In this document: piece by piece, positions 1 through 9,325 of the stretch
Position numbering within the stretch: the first letter of the stretch is position 1
How the letters are laid out: each line of letters starts with the position of its first letter
Assembly: GCA_001801305.1 (NCBI GenBank)
Contig: MGXH01000058.1
Location: 961 to 64,960, forward strand
Direction: 5' to 3'
DNA: 64,000 nt
From: Gammaproteobacteria bacterium GWE2_42_36
GTDB taxonomy: Bacteria; Pseudomonadota; Gammaproteobacteria; UBA12402
The notes under the pieces: generated by a model
Database searches by the model: none
The model's input: the letters and a program-made list of their open reading frames with translations, nothing else
What the model was told of the DNA's origin: nothing
Translations under genes and position numbers: made by a program

Positions 1-30
1 TTTGTGCGGGTATGTTCATTCATCATCATA
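1..30 (-). CDS. kdpB: Potassium-transporting ATPase B chain, 5-prime end only (rest lies left of the window)
   Basis: Reverse complement of 1-30 reads ATGATGATGAATGAACATACCCGC (MMMNEHTR). It starts 3 bp past the kdpA stop on the minus strand, which is the usual kdpA-kdpB arrangement. Confidence 0.4.
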
Positions 31-33
31 TCC

Positions 34-1809
34 TTAATATCCCAGCATAATTAAATGTTCAACGATTGGTCCCAAGGCCAGCGAGGGTAAAAACGTTAAA
101 CCGCCGATGATTAAAATAATACTGATTGTCAAGAAAACAAATAAGGGCGTATGCGTGGGCATGGTTCCGATACTGGGCGGAATAATTTTTTTACGCGACA
201 TGGATCCCGCAATGGCTAGAATGGCTAAAATAATCCAAAAACGCCCGAATAACATGGCCAATCCTGTTGTTAGATTGTAGAACGTCGTATTGACATTCAA
301 GCCAGCGAACGCACTACCGTTATTGTTAGTGGTCGAGGTAAAAGCATATAACACTTCGCTAAAACCATGCGCGCCGGAATTGTAAATCGAACTACGTCCT
401 GTTTCAGTGGCAACGGCAATCGCGGTGAATAATAAGACAATGATGGGAATAATCAAAATGGCGAGACAGCACATTTTCATTTCGAATACTTCAATTTTTT
501 TGCCGAGGTATTCGGGTGTTCGTCCGACCATGAGTCCTGCAATGAAGACGGTGAGCATGACAAAGAGCAACATACCATATAACCCCGAACCTGTACCGCC
601 ATAGATCACTTCGCCCAGTTGCATTAAGAACATCGGGACTAAGCCGCCTAAGGGGGTGTAGGAATCTAGCATGGAATTAACTGAACCATTAGAAGCGGCT
701 GTTGTAGCGGTAGTCCATAATGTCGAATTGACAATGCCGAAGCGCATTTCTTTCCCTTCCATGTTCCCACCGGGCGATGACCGAGCGCCCATATGGGCTT
801 GTTGGTCAACATGGAGTCGAGAGAGTAGGGGATTCCCTTTTTGTTCAGCGAGTGTCGCGCAGAATAATAAAGGGATGAAAATCAAGGTCATGATCCAAAA
901 TAACGCGCGGCCTTGCCGTTTGTCTTTGACCATATTGCCGAAAGTAAAACACAGTGCTGCTGGAATCAGCAAGAGTGCCAGCATTTCAAAAAAGTTAGAT
1001 AAAGGGGTTGGGTTTTCAAAAGGATGTGCTGAATTGGCATTAAAAAATCCACCACCATTGGTGCCCAATTGTTTGATAGCGACTTGCGATGCGACTGGAC
1101 CCATCGGTAATGTTTGCTCATGAACGACAACCTGCGTTGAATGTCCGTTCGTGAGCGTTGTGTATTCGGTGGGTTGTAATAATTGGACTTTCGTAGCAGC
1201 ATGATAATTTTGAATAACGCCTTGAGAGACCAAAATAACCGATAAAATCAAGGCAAGCGGGAGCAGGATATACAGCACGCCGCGAACCAGGTCGACCCAA
1301 AAATTACCCAATGCCTCGGTTTCATGGCGTGTAATGCCCCGAATCAACGCAACCGCAACGGCCATACCCGTGGCAGCAGAAACGAAATTCTGGACTGTCA
1401 TCACGAGCATTTGGATGAGATAGCTCATCGTTGACTCACCGCTGTAAGCTTGCCAGTTGGTATTCGTGACAAAACTCACAGCCGTATTGAAAGCTAATGC
1501 CGGGGTCACGGCCGATAATTGCGCCGGATTTAAAGGTAATGTTGATTGAAAACGCTGCAAGCCGTAACAGATTAACAGGCCAATCAAATTAAATAACAGC
1601 AGAGCGACGGTATAAGTTTTCCAATTCATTTCTTGATCGTAACGAATATGGCAGCCTCGATAAATATAGGACTCTATACGATGAGGCCGTTTTGTATCTC
1701 CATCGAATGAGTAAGTATAGACACGCGCCATATACGTACCTAAGGGTATCGCGCACAAAATAAGTGTCAGAATGAAAATAGCGATTTGAAAAAAATGAAT
1801 AGGTAACAT
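34..1809 (-). CDS. kdpA: Potassium-transporting ATPase potassium-binding subunit KdpA
   Basis: The 591-aa multi-TM ORF carries KdpA hallmark segments (NTAVSFVTNTNWQAYSGE, GTNGGGFFNANSAHPFENPT, TPEYLGKKIE). Confidence 0.93.
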   Translation of the reverse strand: MLPIHFFQIAIFILTLILCAIPLGTYMARVYTYSFDGDTKRPHRIESYIYRGCHIRYDQEMNWKTYTVALLLFNLIGLLICYGLQRFQSTLPLNPAQLSAVTPALAFNTAVSFVTNTNWQAYSGESTMSYLIQMLVMTVQNFVSAATGMAVAVALIRGITRHETEALGNFWVDLVRGVLYILLPLALILSVILVSQGVIQNYHAATKVQLLQPTEYTTLTNGHSTQVVVHEQTLPMGPVASQVAIKQLGTNGGGFFNANSAHPFENPTPLSNFFEMLALLLIPAALCFTFGNMVKDKRQGRALFWIMTLIFIPLLFCATLAEQKGNPLLSRLHVDQQAHMGARSSPGGNMEGKEMRFGIVNSTLWTTATTAASNGSVNSMLDSYTPLGGLVPMFLMQLGEVIYGGTGSGLYGMLLFVMLTVFIAGLMVGRTPEYLGKKIEVFEMKMCCLAILIIPIIVLLFTAIAVATETGRSSIYNSGAHGFSEVLYAFTSTTNNNGSAFAGLNVNTTFYNLTTGLAMLFGRFWIILAILAIAGSMSRKKIIPPSIGTMPTHTPLFVFLTISIILIIGGLTFLPSLALGPIVEHLIMLGY

Positions 1810-1831
1810 AAATACCCTTGATAAACGGAGG

Positions 1832-1906
1832 TTAAAAAAGATCAGGTTTTAATAAGGCTACCAACAGGTAGATAAAAACCAGTATCGTTAAAAGGAGCCA
1901 AATCAT
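1832..1906 (-). CDS. kdpF: Candidate KdpF-like 24-aa hydrophobic peptide (MIWLLLTILVFIYLLVALLKPDLF)
   Basis: Micro-ORF translated by hand just upstream of kdpA on the same strand. It forms a single TM helix, matching KdpF size and position. Confidence 0.35.
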   Translation of the reverse strand: MIWLLLTILVFIYLLVALLKPDLF

Positions 1907-1926
1907 AGATTGAATCTCTCGTTATT

Positions 1927-2016
1927 TTAAGAAAGCCGTTCCATGCCTATCATCCAGGCCAGCAGAATGATAAAAAATAAAATGATGAGACCGATGTAAA
2001 TTAAATCCAAAGTCAT
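1927..2016 (-). CDS. Second 29-aa hydrophobic micro-ORF (MTLDLIYIGLIILFFIILLAWMIGMERLS) upstream of kdpA
   Basis: Hand-translated, single predicted TM helix. It is either an alternative KdpF or a leader peptide, and only one of the two micro-ORFs may be real. Confidence 0.3.
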   Translation of the reverse strand: MTLDLIYIGLIILFFIILLAWMIGMERLS

Positions 2017-2299
2017 AACTATCCCTCACTTTTGCATAGTATACCATGAGTTCTTGATTTCTCAATCGATCATAAAAGTCAGAAACTTTATGCTGCATTT
2101 TTTAATAACGTCGTGCACAATCGGCCGGAAAAATTGATCACTGAATTTTGTGCGAGAAAAGCAAATTTTAGGATAACTGAATTTTGCGGAAGGATGAAAT
2201 GCGAGGTGAAAATGGGATCACGTTACTGCTTGCTAAAACAAGAATTGCTATAGAGGCTAGTTTTCGCGAACCCTTTTAAAAAACCAAGCAAATCGTTTT

Positions 2300-4801
2300 T
2301 TGCACAAGTTCCAGAATAATAAAAATAATGAGAGGATGCGTAAAATGATTGAATTGCGGCGCCATTTGGATGAAATCCAGGTAGCCTATAAGGCGCAAAA
2401 AATTGAACTGGCAACACAATTTGCACCGACCGCTGCATCTTTTGTCGCGCAGGAATTTAAATGGCATGTCGAAAAAAGCATTGTTCAAATCCGAGTGGAA
2501 ATTTTTTTCTTGCCTCAACCAGAACAAGAAAAAATATACGCAAAAAAAATAAAAAAAATGTGTGAAGATGTGCAAAATGCTTATGAAGGTTCGCTCAAAG
2601 AAAGAAGCCATGTGTATGTTTCTGCGACAGGGAGTCAAGTGGGTCAACTAATTCCTGTTGGAGAGGTCGATGTAAAACAGCTGGGACAAAACTTTATGCG
2701 AGATGAGATTGAGCCCGTTATTTCAAGTTTTGAAAAACTTCAAGTTTTACAGGAAAAATCGAAACCAGAGCTGGAATCACTAGAAGCGCAATTGCAAGCG
2801 GCAGCTTGTAAGTGTCATGAAGAAAAAACAGCAGCGGAGATGGAACATAATAATAAATTGGAAAAATCAAAACTAGATGCTCAAGATAAAGTTAAAGCAA
2901 TTTTGCCAGAGGACGCTCGGCTAGCAGAGATGGTAAAAAGTGGATTTCAAATTCAACAATTAGTTCGATGGATTCCCTCTGATGTGACGAAAAACCGATA
3001 TTATTTTCGCGAATGGTGTTTGGCTGGGCATTATTTGCCGGCAGTTTATGCGATAGTTGGTAATGCTGATTTTTTCTGGGCGGAATCGGCAGCGAACAGT
3101 ATGCGAGCAGTGATAAGCCCAAAAAGTTTTCAGATGGGCGATCCTTTGTTGAATAAAATGCGACAAATTTTAGATTACCATCAGTTTTTTTGTGCGGCTG
3201 TGCCATCGGAATCGTTGCAAGAAGTGCTTGAAAATAGCCAAAGCGCTTTGCAAATTGTCGTAAAAACAACATCACATCATCTCACACCAGAAGAAAAATC
3301 ATGTGAGCTTATTATGAGTAAAGCGTTATACATGTTTGCCGTTTGGGCGAAATTACATCGACCCGTTGTTGATGATGAATTAAAAAAAATAAGCGAATTT
3401 TTGTGGCAGCTGATGAATGTAAAAAATTTTCATCAGCAAGCATTAGCTGTTTTAGCGGGTTGGATGCAGCAATATCCTGCCTTTGCTGAGCGGGAAATGA
3501 ATGCATGCAAACAATCATTAGAAAAAGATTATTCACGCGAAAGTGCCCAAGAAATCTTCTTTCATGTTCAATTAATGTTGCGCTACTCGCTGCCAGCAGA
3601 ACGTCGTGGGGAATTTCTGCCGCTATTACAAAAACATTTAAATGATCAAGATAGCCCGACTAACAGTCCAAGCATTGTAGCGCTATATGCAGCACGAGTA
3701 TTAGTTGGTTGTGGTGGCGAGAGTGTAAATGAGACGATTATAAATATATTGTTCGACTTTTTAAAAGATCCAGATGATAACGTTTGGTTGATGGCGCAAT
3801 GCGGTTTAAGAGAGGCGAGTCAATATCACTGCGGTTTAAGAGAGGCGAGTCAATATGACTCAACAATTATTGCGCGATGTCAGCAAATGGTATGCGAGGA
3901 AAGTGCAAGCATTTTTCAACGTTGTCACGTCAGCGGATTGCTTGTTCAGTTGCATCAAGAACCGCCACAAAAAGAGAAATTGTTGCAAAAATTGTTTCCT
4001 TCCCTCAAAGATTCCGATGTGAAAGTGCGCAGACAAGCATTGCTTGCTTTGAAACAATTGAATGCCATGAACAGGGCATGTGTTACGCATGTTATAGGCT
4101 GTGTAATGAATTTGACCTCAGATGCTAAAGAAAAAGAAATCGCGGAAGATATTTTAATTCATCATCGTTCCACACAATGGGATGAAAATATTAAACAAGA
4201 AATGTTGAAGTGTTTGGACTGTATGACGATAGAAGGGCAACAAGCTGCTGTAAGAATTTTGAGTGAGCGTCATGTAATAACACCAGCCGTTTTTATGGCA
4301 TTAGAAACAAAACTTGATTCATGCAATGCTTCTATGAGATTTTTTGCAGCACAAGCATTGATTCAACTGGAACATCACGAGTGTGCAGACAAAATCGTGA
4401 CAATATTAACATCATTGTACAGTGCTCAGGAGACACAATGCTATAGAATGCGCATACTCGAATTATTACTTAACATGCAACAATTCGAAAAATTTCGTCA
4501 TTTAATTTCAGACAATGGTTTGCCGAGCTGCCACTATGAAAGCCCGCTCTGGTTTTTTGAGGTGCTTAATCCACCGGATTATTTTAATCGTGTTTTTCAG
4601 ATACACAGAACATGCGCGCAGGACTGTTGGTGCGCAATGTTTCAAAAAAATGGTACCGGTATTGCCAGTGCGTCGTTAGCGGGGGGGGCAGCAGTTTTGA
4701 CTGTAGCTGCCGCCGCTGTAGAGCGTGGTGTGTCGGTAGCGCCGCGCCCCTCGGGGAACATGGGAACGACCATGGGTTGTGGTGTGGGTGGAGGGCCTTG
4801 A
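2300..4801 (+). CDS. Large hypothetical protein with an N-terminal coiled-coil and C-terminal PBS-lyase-type HEAT repeats
   Basis: The ORF is 833 aa. A start at 2345 (MIELRR) has better spacing to the GAGAGGA RBS. Repeats of the form DxxVRRQALLALKQL, AAVRILSERH and MRFFAAQALIQL look HEAT-like, and the protein is eukaryotic-like. The last 160 bp overlap a convergent ORF. Confidence 0.6.
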   Translation: MHKFQNNKNNERMRKMIELRRHLDEIQVAYKAQKIELATQFAPTAASFVAQEFKWHVEKSIVQIRVEIFFLPQPEQEKIYAKKIKKMCEDVQNAYEGSLKERSHVYVSATGSQVGQLIPVGEVDVKQLGQNFMRDEIEPVISSFEKLQVLQEKSKPELESLEAQLQAAACKCHEEKTAAEMEHNNKLEKSKLDAQDKVKAILPEDARLAEMVKSGFQIQQLVRWIPSDVTKNRYYFREWCLAGHYLPAVYAIVGNADFFWAESAANSMRAVISPKSFQMGDPLLNKMRQILDYHQFFCAAVPSESLQEVLENSQSALQIVVKTTSHHLTPEEKSCELIMSKALYMFAVWAKLHRPVVDDELKKISEFLWQLMNVKNFHQQALAVLAGWMQQYPAFAEREMNACKQSLEKDYSRESAQEIFFHVQLMLRYSLPAERRGEFLPLLQKHLNDQDSPTNSPSIVALYAARVLVGCGGESVNETIINILFDFLKDPDDNVWLMAQCGLREASQYHCGLREASQYDSTIIARCQQMVCEESASIFQRCHVSGLLVQLHQEPPQKEKLLQKLFPSLKDSDVKVRRQALLALKQLNAMNRACVTHVIGCVMNLTSDAKEKEIAEDILIHHRSTQWDENIKQEMLKCLDCMTIEGQQAAVRILSERHVITPAVFMALETKLDSCNASMRFFAAQALIQLEHHECADKIVTILTSLYSAQETQCYRMRILELLLNMQQFEKFRHLISDNGLPSCHYESPLWFFEVLNPPDYFNRVFQIHRTCAQDCWCAMFQKNGTGIASASLAGGAAVLTVAAAAVERGVSVAPRPSGNMGTTMGCGVGGGP
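3801..3860 (+). repeat. Perfect 30-bp tandem duplication (2 copies, 1 mismatch) inside the HEAT-protein CDS
   Basis: gcggtttaagagaggcgagtcaatatcact followed by gcggtttaagagaggcgagtcaatatgact; in-frame, duplicating CGLREASQY(H/D). Confidence 0.9.
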
Positions 4802-6036
4802 GTTGTTTGCTGAAGCGCAAGTGCTTGCTGCAGTGTTTCAAAAAGGCTGGATTGCGTTTGTGCGCCTGTGAGATTTTGAGTTTTAATGCATTGCATAAAG
4901 GCCTCAATAGAAACATCAGCTGTTTTGTTGAGACCTAACGTTTCAATAAATAGCGCACATTTTTCCTTCGGTAATCCGCTGTGTTGACGAATGGCTTTTC
5001 TTAAAGCTGGTAAAGGCACATGCCCTGTACGACTGCAACAAAGAGAAACTAATTTTTCGGTTAATTTGTTTAACTGTTTTGGCGGTATGTTGGGGTCACT
5101 GGTTTTCACAGCTGCAACAATAGCACCTGGCAGCGTAGCAGTTTCGCCACATAAACCTTGATAAAGCCTATGTTGCATATTTTGTAGCAATTTTCTGCAT
5201 CGGCGCCTTTTAAAATGGAACCATTCAAAAAAAACTGATTTTGGTGGTTCTAACATCATTTGACAAGCTTGTAATTGACACCGAATTCGCTCTGCTCGAT
5301 TGTGCAAAATGTCGGCTGGAATTAATTGACGATCTTTTATCGATAAAATAGCTTGCAATTCCAGGCGGCACCAATTCAACGCTTGCGCCGTACGTGCAAG
5401 AGAAGAACTCATGTCTTTAGGGTTAATTGAAACATAATTAGGTAATGTGCTTTGATCTTCAACAAGTGGGATAAGCCTAATTTCGTTAGAATCATTAGAT
5501 TTAGGGTGCTCAGCTTTTGAGGGAGTTGTAGTGGATAATTGGTTTTGTATGATGCTATGAGAAGTTTGCATCTGCGGATGTGGTGCTCGAAATAAAGCAA
5601 AATTTAATGCATTAAATAAAATATCGATAACTCTTGCTAAGGTGTTATCTGTTTTGGGGTTGGCAAAAGTTGTTTGTAGATAAGTGTATAGGCGAGAAAT
5701 CCTTGTGCAAGGATTTCTCTCTCCAAGAATGGGCAGAAATGCTGCAATAAAGGCTGGAATTTTGGAAGGTTCTATAGGATTCTTTGTAGGGGGACTAGCT
5801 GCCGGTGTCATAAAACCGCGAAGGTTATGCTCGGGTTGTTCAGAGGTTTTCATTTCGGATGCATCAACGGGTGATGATGATGGAGAAGGCTCGCCTGTTG
5901 GCGTATGCGGTAGCGCAACTTTACCTGAGGCGGTAAGGAAACCAATGCTTGTTAATAATTTTTTTTCTGCATCTGTTATGTAAGATAACCATATCTGAGT
6001 AAAATTCTGAGTAAAATCTGTATTTATAGTTAGCAT
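4642..6036 (-). CDS. Hypothetical protein with a proline-rich C-terminal tail
   Basis: The 464-aa ORF has no recognisable family. Its C-terminus (QGPPPTPQPMVVPMF) is encoded by the GC-rich patch at 4670-4800. It is convergent with, and overlaps, the 833-aa ORF. Confidence 0.55.
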   Translation of the reverse strand: MLTINTDFTQNFTQIWLSYITDAEKKLLTSIGFLTASGKVALPHTPTGEPSPSSSPVDASEMKTSEQPEHNLRGFMTPAASPPTKNPIEPSKIPAFIAAFLPILGERNPCTRISRLYTYLQTTFANPKTDNTLARVIDILFNALNFALFRAPHPQMQTSHSIIQNQLSTTTPSKAEHPKSNDSNEIRLIPLVEDQSTLPNYVSINPKDMSSSLARTAQALNWCRLELQAILSIKDRQLIPADILHNRAERIRCQLQACQMMLEPPKSVFFEWFHFKRRRCRKLLQNMQHRLYQGLCGETATLPGAIVAAVKTSDPNIPPKQLNKLTEKLVSLCCSRTGHVPLPALRKAIRQHSGLPKEKCALFIETLGLNKTADVSIEAFMQCIKTQNLTGAQTQSSLFETLQQALALQQTTQGPPPTPQPMVVPMFPEGRGATDTPRSTAAAATVKTAAPPANDALAIPVPFF

Positions 6037-6207
6037 GTTGTTTCAGAGTCCTTATTAAAATCATTATTGTTTTTATGCAGATTTATGCGGAGTGTATTAA
6101 GACAATTTAAAATGTGCAATGGAAATTTTTTATTAAAATTTTTTTAGAGAGTTAAGAATTGTGTTATCTTCACAACAGAGAAAAATTAAAAAAGAAGAGG
6201 CATTTTT

Positions 6208-6630
6208 ATGATCGAACAAACGTTATCAATCATCAAACCAGATGCTGTATCGAAAAACCATATCGGCGCGATCATCGATCGCTTCGAAAAAACAGGATTA
6301 AAAATAGCGGCAGCAAAAATGGTGCGATTAACAAAATCAGAAGCAGAAGCATTTTACGCCGTGCATCGCGGCAAACCATTTTACCCGAGTCTTGTTGAAT
6401 TTATGTCATCGGGCGCTATTTTTGTACAAGTATTAGCAGGAGAAAATGCGATTTTACGTAATCGCGAAATCATGGGGGCGACGAATCCTGAGAATGCACT
6501 GCCGCACACGATTCGAGCTGACTTTGCAGAAAATACTTCTCGTAATGCGGTGCATGGATCGGACAGTCAGGAAACGGCTGCTCAGGAAATCGCTTTCTTT
6601 TTCAAACCGGAAGAAATTGTCAATGGATAA
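6208..6630 (+). CDS. ndk: Nucleoside diphosphate kinase
   Basis: The 140-aa ORF shows NDK motifs ([15 protein letters not shown]). Confidence 0.95.
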   Translation: MIEQTLSIIKPDAVSKNHIGAIIDRFEKTGLKIAAAKMVRLTKSEAEAFYAVHRGKPFYPSLVEFMSSGAIFVQVLAGENAILRNREIMGATNPENALPHTIRADFAENTSRNAVHGSDSQETAAQEIAFFFKPEEIVNG

Positions 6631-7690
6631 TCTCGAGCCGACAATCAATCTCCTTAATTTTGACCGCCCGTCTTTGCGCACGTATTTTATTGCGTTAGGG
6701 GAAAAGCCTTTTCATGCGGATCAAATTATTCAGTGGATTCATCAATACGGCCATCAAACGTTTGATCAGATGACGAATCTCAGTAAAAAATTGCGCGAGT
6801 ATCTAATCCAGCATGCCGAAGTTAAACCGCCTCAGCTCGTGCAAGAACAAATTTCTCAGGACGGTACGCGCAAATGGTTGCTGCAACTAGAGGATGGTCA
6901 ACAGATCGAGACCGTTTATATCCCTGAAAAAAGTCGCGGGACACTTTGCATCTCTTCACAAGCCGGTTGCGCGCTGAAATGCGCTTTTTGTGCGACGGGC
7001 CAGTTGGGTTGTAAGCGGAATTTAACGGTTGCCGAAATTATTGGACAATTATGGTTTGCAGTTCGGCGATTATCGGCTGAGCAGCCGGATCGAGAGCGCA
7101 TTATTACGAATGTCGTGCTGATGGGTATGGGTGAACCGTTGTTAAATTTCGACAATGTAATTAAGGCGACGCAACTGATGATGGACACGTTTGCCTATGG
7201 TTTTTCTAAATATCGCGTCACTTTAAGTACCGTCGGGATTGTGCCCGCTATTGACCAACTCTCCAAAATAAGCGATATTTCACTGGCTGTTTCTTTGCAC
7301 GCGCCCACCGATGAAATACGTGATCAATTGATTCCGATCAATCGACAATATCCGCTACATGCACTCATGGCTGCTTGCCGACGTTATTTTGAAACGGATA
7401 AACGACGTAAAGTCACATTCGAATATGTGATGTTAAAAGGCATTAACGATTCACCCGCCCAAGCAAAAGCATTGGTTAAATTATTGCAGGGTATTCCGAG
7501 CAAGGTGAATTTGCTTTTATTTAATCCCGTGTCGGGCGTTCATTATGAGCCGTCTACCGATGAGGCAGTCGATGCATTTTGGGCGGTTTTGACCAAGGCT
7601 GGGTTGCAAACACAATTACGTCGAAGACGCGGCAGTGATATTGCTGCCGCATGTGGTCAATTGGCGGGATCTGTTTCGACGAATAAGTAG
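6623..7690 (+). CDS. rlmN: 23S rRNA m2A2503 / tRNA m2A37 methyltransferase (radical SAM) RlmN
   Basis: It has a CxxxCxxC radical-SAM motif ([11 protein letters not shown]) and RlmN-like N-terminal and C-terminal regions. The start is placed at MDNLEP, overlapping the ndk stop; the ORF-track start at 6446 is probably too early. Confidence 0.9.
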   Translation: MDNLEPTINLLNFDRPSLRTYFIALGEKPFHADQIIQWIHQYGHQTFDQMTNLSKKLREYLIQHAEVKPPQLVQEQISQDGTRKWLLQLEDGQQIETVYIPEKSRGTLCISSQAGCALKCAFCATGQLGCKRNLTVAEIIGQLWFAVRRLSAEQPDRERIITNVVLMGMGEPLLNFDNVIKATQLMMDTFAYGFSKYRVTLSTVGIVPAIDQLSKISDISLAVSLHAPTDEIRDQLIPINRQYPLHALMAACRRYFETDKRRKVTFEYVMLKGINDSPAQAKALVKLLQGIPSKVNLLLFNPVSGVHYEPSTDEAVDAFWAVLTKAGLQTQLRRRRGSDIAAACGQLAGSVSTNK

Positions 7691-7885
7691 CCTTACGTCA
7701 GCATGCCTGCTGGATTGCGGGAATACGTCAGAGAGATGCTTCACGAATACGGTTCAGAATCAGATTTCTGCTTTTGCAGGAATGACACTATTAAAAATCA
7801 TGATGAAGCAATTTATTTTTTCAATTCTTAAACGAGGTTGAAAAAAGTATTGTTCTAAATGGGCCGCATAGTTTATTACAACCTG

Positions 7886-7914
7886 CTTTCTTATCCCGAA
7901 CCCAGGTTTATTAC
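7886..7914 (+). repeat. Dispersed motif copy A (cTTTCTTATCCCGAACCCAGGTTTATTAC), 22 bp upstream of the pilW-like start
   Basis: It shares the core TTATCCCGAAnnCAGGTT with copies at 19512-19534 and 33583-33606. Confidence 0.7.
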
Positions 7915-7935
7915 AAAACCCAAAAGGAGATCCTC

Positions 7936-8400
7936 TTGTCTCAATTATTTTTATCACTATTGTTATGCATTTGTTTTACTGCGTGTTCGACGCAATCCAA
8001 TGATTCGCCCGCTAATTTTCAAGAAGCGGCAGCGCTGAATGCTCAATTAGGCCTCGCTTATTTAAAAGCGGGCGAAACGATGCGTGCTAAAGAAAAATTA
8101 TTGTTGGCTTTATCGCAAGATCCGCGCTTGCCCGAGGTCCAACTTGCGATGGGCTATTATTTGCAGTCAATCGGCGATTCGACCAACGCAAAAATGTACT
8201 ATCAAAAAGCGCTTCAATTGACGCCTCATTCGAGCCGAGTGAAAAATGATTACGGTGTTTTTCTTTGTCAAATGGGGGATTATACCATGGCGAAGCAATA
8301 CCTTTCAGAAGCGGCTCAAGATGTTCATTATCTGAATCAACAAATGGCGGCCAGTAATTTGGTGACTTGCGATGCCACAGCATTATCTTTGAAAAAATAA
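7936..8400 (+). CDS. TPR lipoprotein, PilW/PilF-like (type IV pilus biogenesis/stability), short form
   Basis: Lipobox signal (LLLCICFTAC) followed by about three TPR repeats. Its position between rlmN and rodZ matches pilF in Pseudomonas-type synteny. At 154 aa it is shorter than a typical PilF (about 250 aa). Confidence 0.6.
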   Translation: MSQLFLSLLLCICFTACSTQSNDSPANFQEAAALNAQLGLAYLKAGETMRAKEKLLLALSQDPRLPEVQLAMGYYLQSIGDSTNAKMYYQKALQLTPHSSRVKNDYGVFLCQMGDYTMAKQYLSEAAQDVHYLNQQMAASNLVTCDATALSLKK

Positions 8401-8554
8401 AATGACAAAATTCTCGTGAAGTCATTTGTTCCCCAGCGCTGCAATCCTTGATCCTTTCCCAAACCTCCTTTGGATTTTCTGGCTTGTGCATGATAATATC
8501 CTTCATAATTATGCTTTGATAAGCAATGTAAACGTTCACAACGAGGATCGGAAT

Positions 8555-9325
8555 ATGCAACAAGATGGTTTTAAATTCGATGAAGAGAGTCACGTCGAAA
8601 TGATCGATACTCAAATCGAAGAACGTAGGATTGAAATGCTCGATAAAGAGGAATCTTCTATGACTTCAAACCCAAACAATGAGGATGAAGCGCAACTGAT
8701 TATTGCCGAAACAATTGAAATCAGTCTCGATAGCGATCGCGCGGCGCCTGAAAGTCTGGGTCGGCGTTTACAGGCCGCTCGAGAAGCGCTGAAAATTAAT
8801 ATCGAAGACGCGGCCGATCATTTACGTATTTCGCCTTCAGCGATTCGCGCGATCGAAGCAGATAATTATGCGCATTTTGATAATATCACTTTTTTGCGCG
8901 GGTACATTCGCGCCTATGCGAAATGGCTTAAAATTCCGCAAGAGGAAATCAGCCGAGCTTTTCTTCAGCTGGGATTAAAAGAATCGACGAAAATCGACGC
9001 GGCAGTAAAATTTAATTTGCATCAGATTTCATCTCGCGATAAACCGGTTCGGTTAGTAACTTACTTAATGATTATTTTGTTAGTTTTATTAGTCGGTATT
9101 TGGGGATACATTCATCATCAAAGCGATAAAGCCATCAGCCAGCCGACTATGTCTACTTTAATAGCACCGACTGCTGTTAACAGCAACACACCGATTTCAA
9201 TTGAAACGACAACTGCAACAGAATCTACCAATACAACGACGGCTCAAAAAACAGCCAGTTTGCCATCCGTATCAACAGGAGAAAATCGTGGAAAAAATGA
9301 TACAAGCCATTCGGGGAATGAATGA
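8555..9325 (+). CDS. rodZ: Cytoskeleton protein RodZ-like (XRE HTH + TM)
   Basis: HTH segment [34 protein letters not shown], then a TM helix and a Thr/Ser-rich periplasmic tail. Start chosen at the ATG after RBS GAGGATCGG; the upstream in-frame ORF-track extension is unlikely. Confidence 0.75.
   Translation: MQQDGFKFDEESHVEMIDTQIEERRIEMLDKEESSMTSNPNNEDEAQLIIAETIEISLDSDRAAPESLGRRLQAAREALKINIEDAADHLRISPSAIRAIEADNYAHFDNITFLRGYIRAYAKWLKIPQEEISRAFLQLGLKESTKIDAAVKFNLHQISSRDKPVRLVTYLMIILLVLLVGIWGYIHHQSDKAISQPTMSTLIAPTAVNSNTPISIETTTATESTNTTTAQKTASLPSVSTGENRGKNDTSHSGNE

Noticed and set aside
2223-2647. Minus-strand ORFs overlapping the start of the 833-aa gene
   Set aside because: They are antisense to a well-supported long ORF and their translations are low-complexity.
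6446-6622. Upstream extension of rlmN overlapping ndk
   Set aside because: The RlmN N-terminus aligns from MDNLEP; the extension would overlap 180 bp of ndk in another frame.
8426-8554. Upstream in-frame extension of the rodZ ORF (ORF-track start at 8426)
   Set aside because: There is no RBS. The translation (FPSAAILDPFPNLLWIFW) looks like read-through of the non-coding spacer. A good RBS precedes the ATG at 8555.
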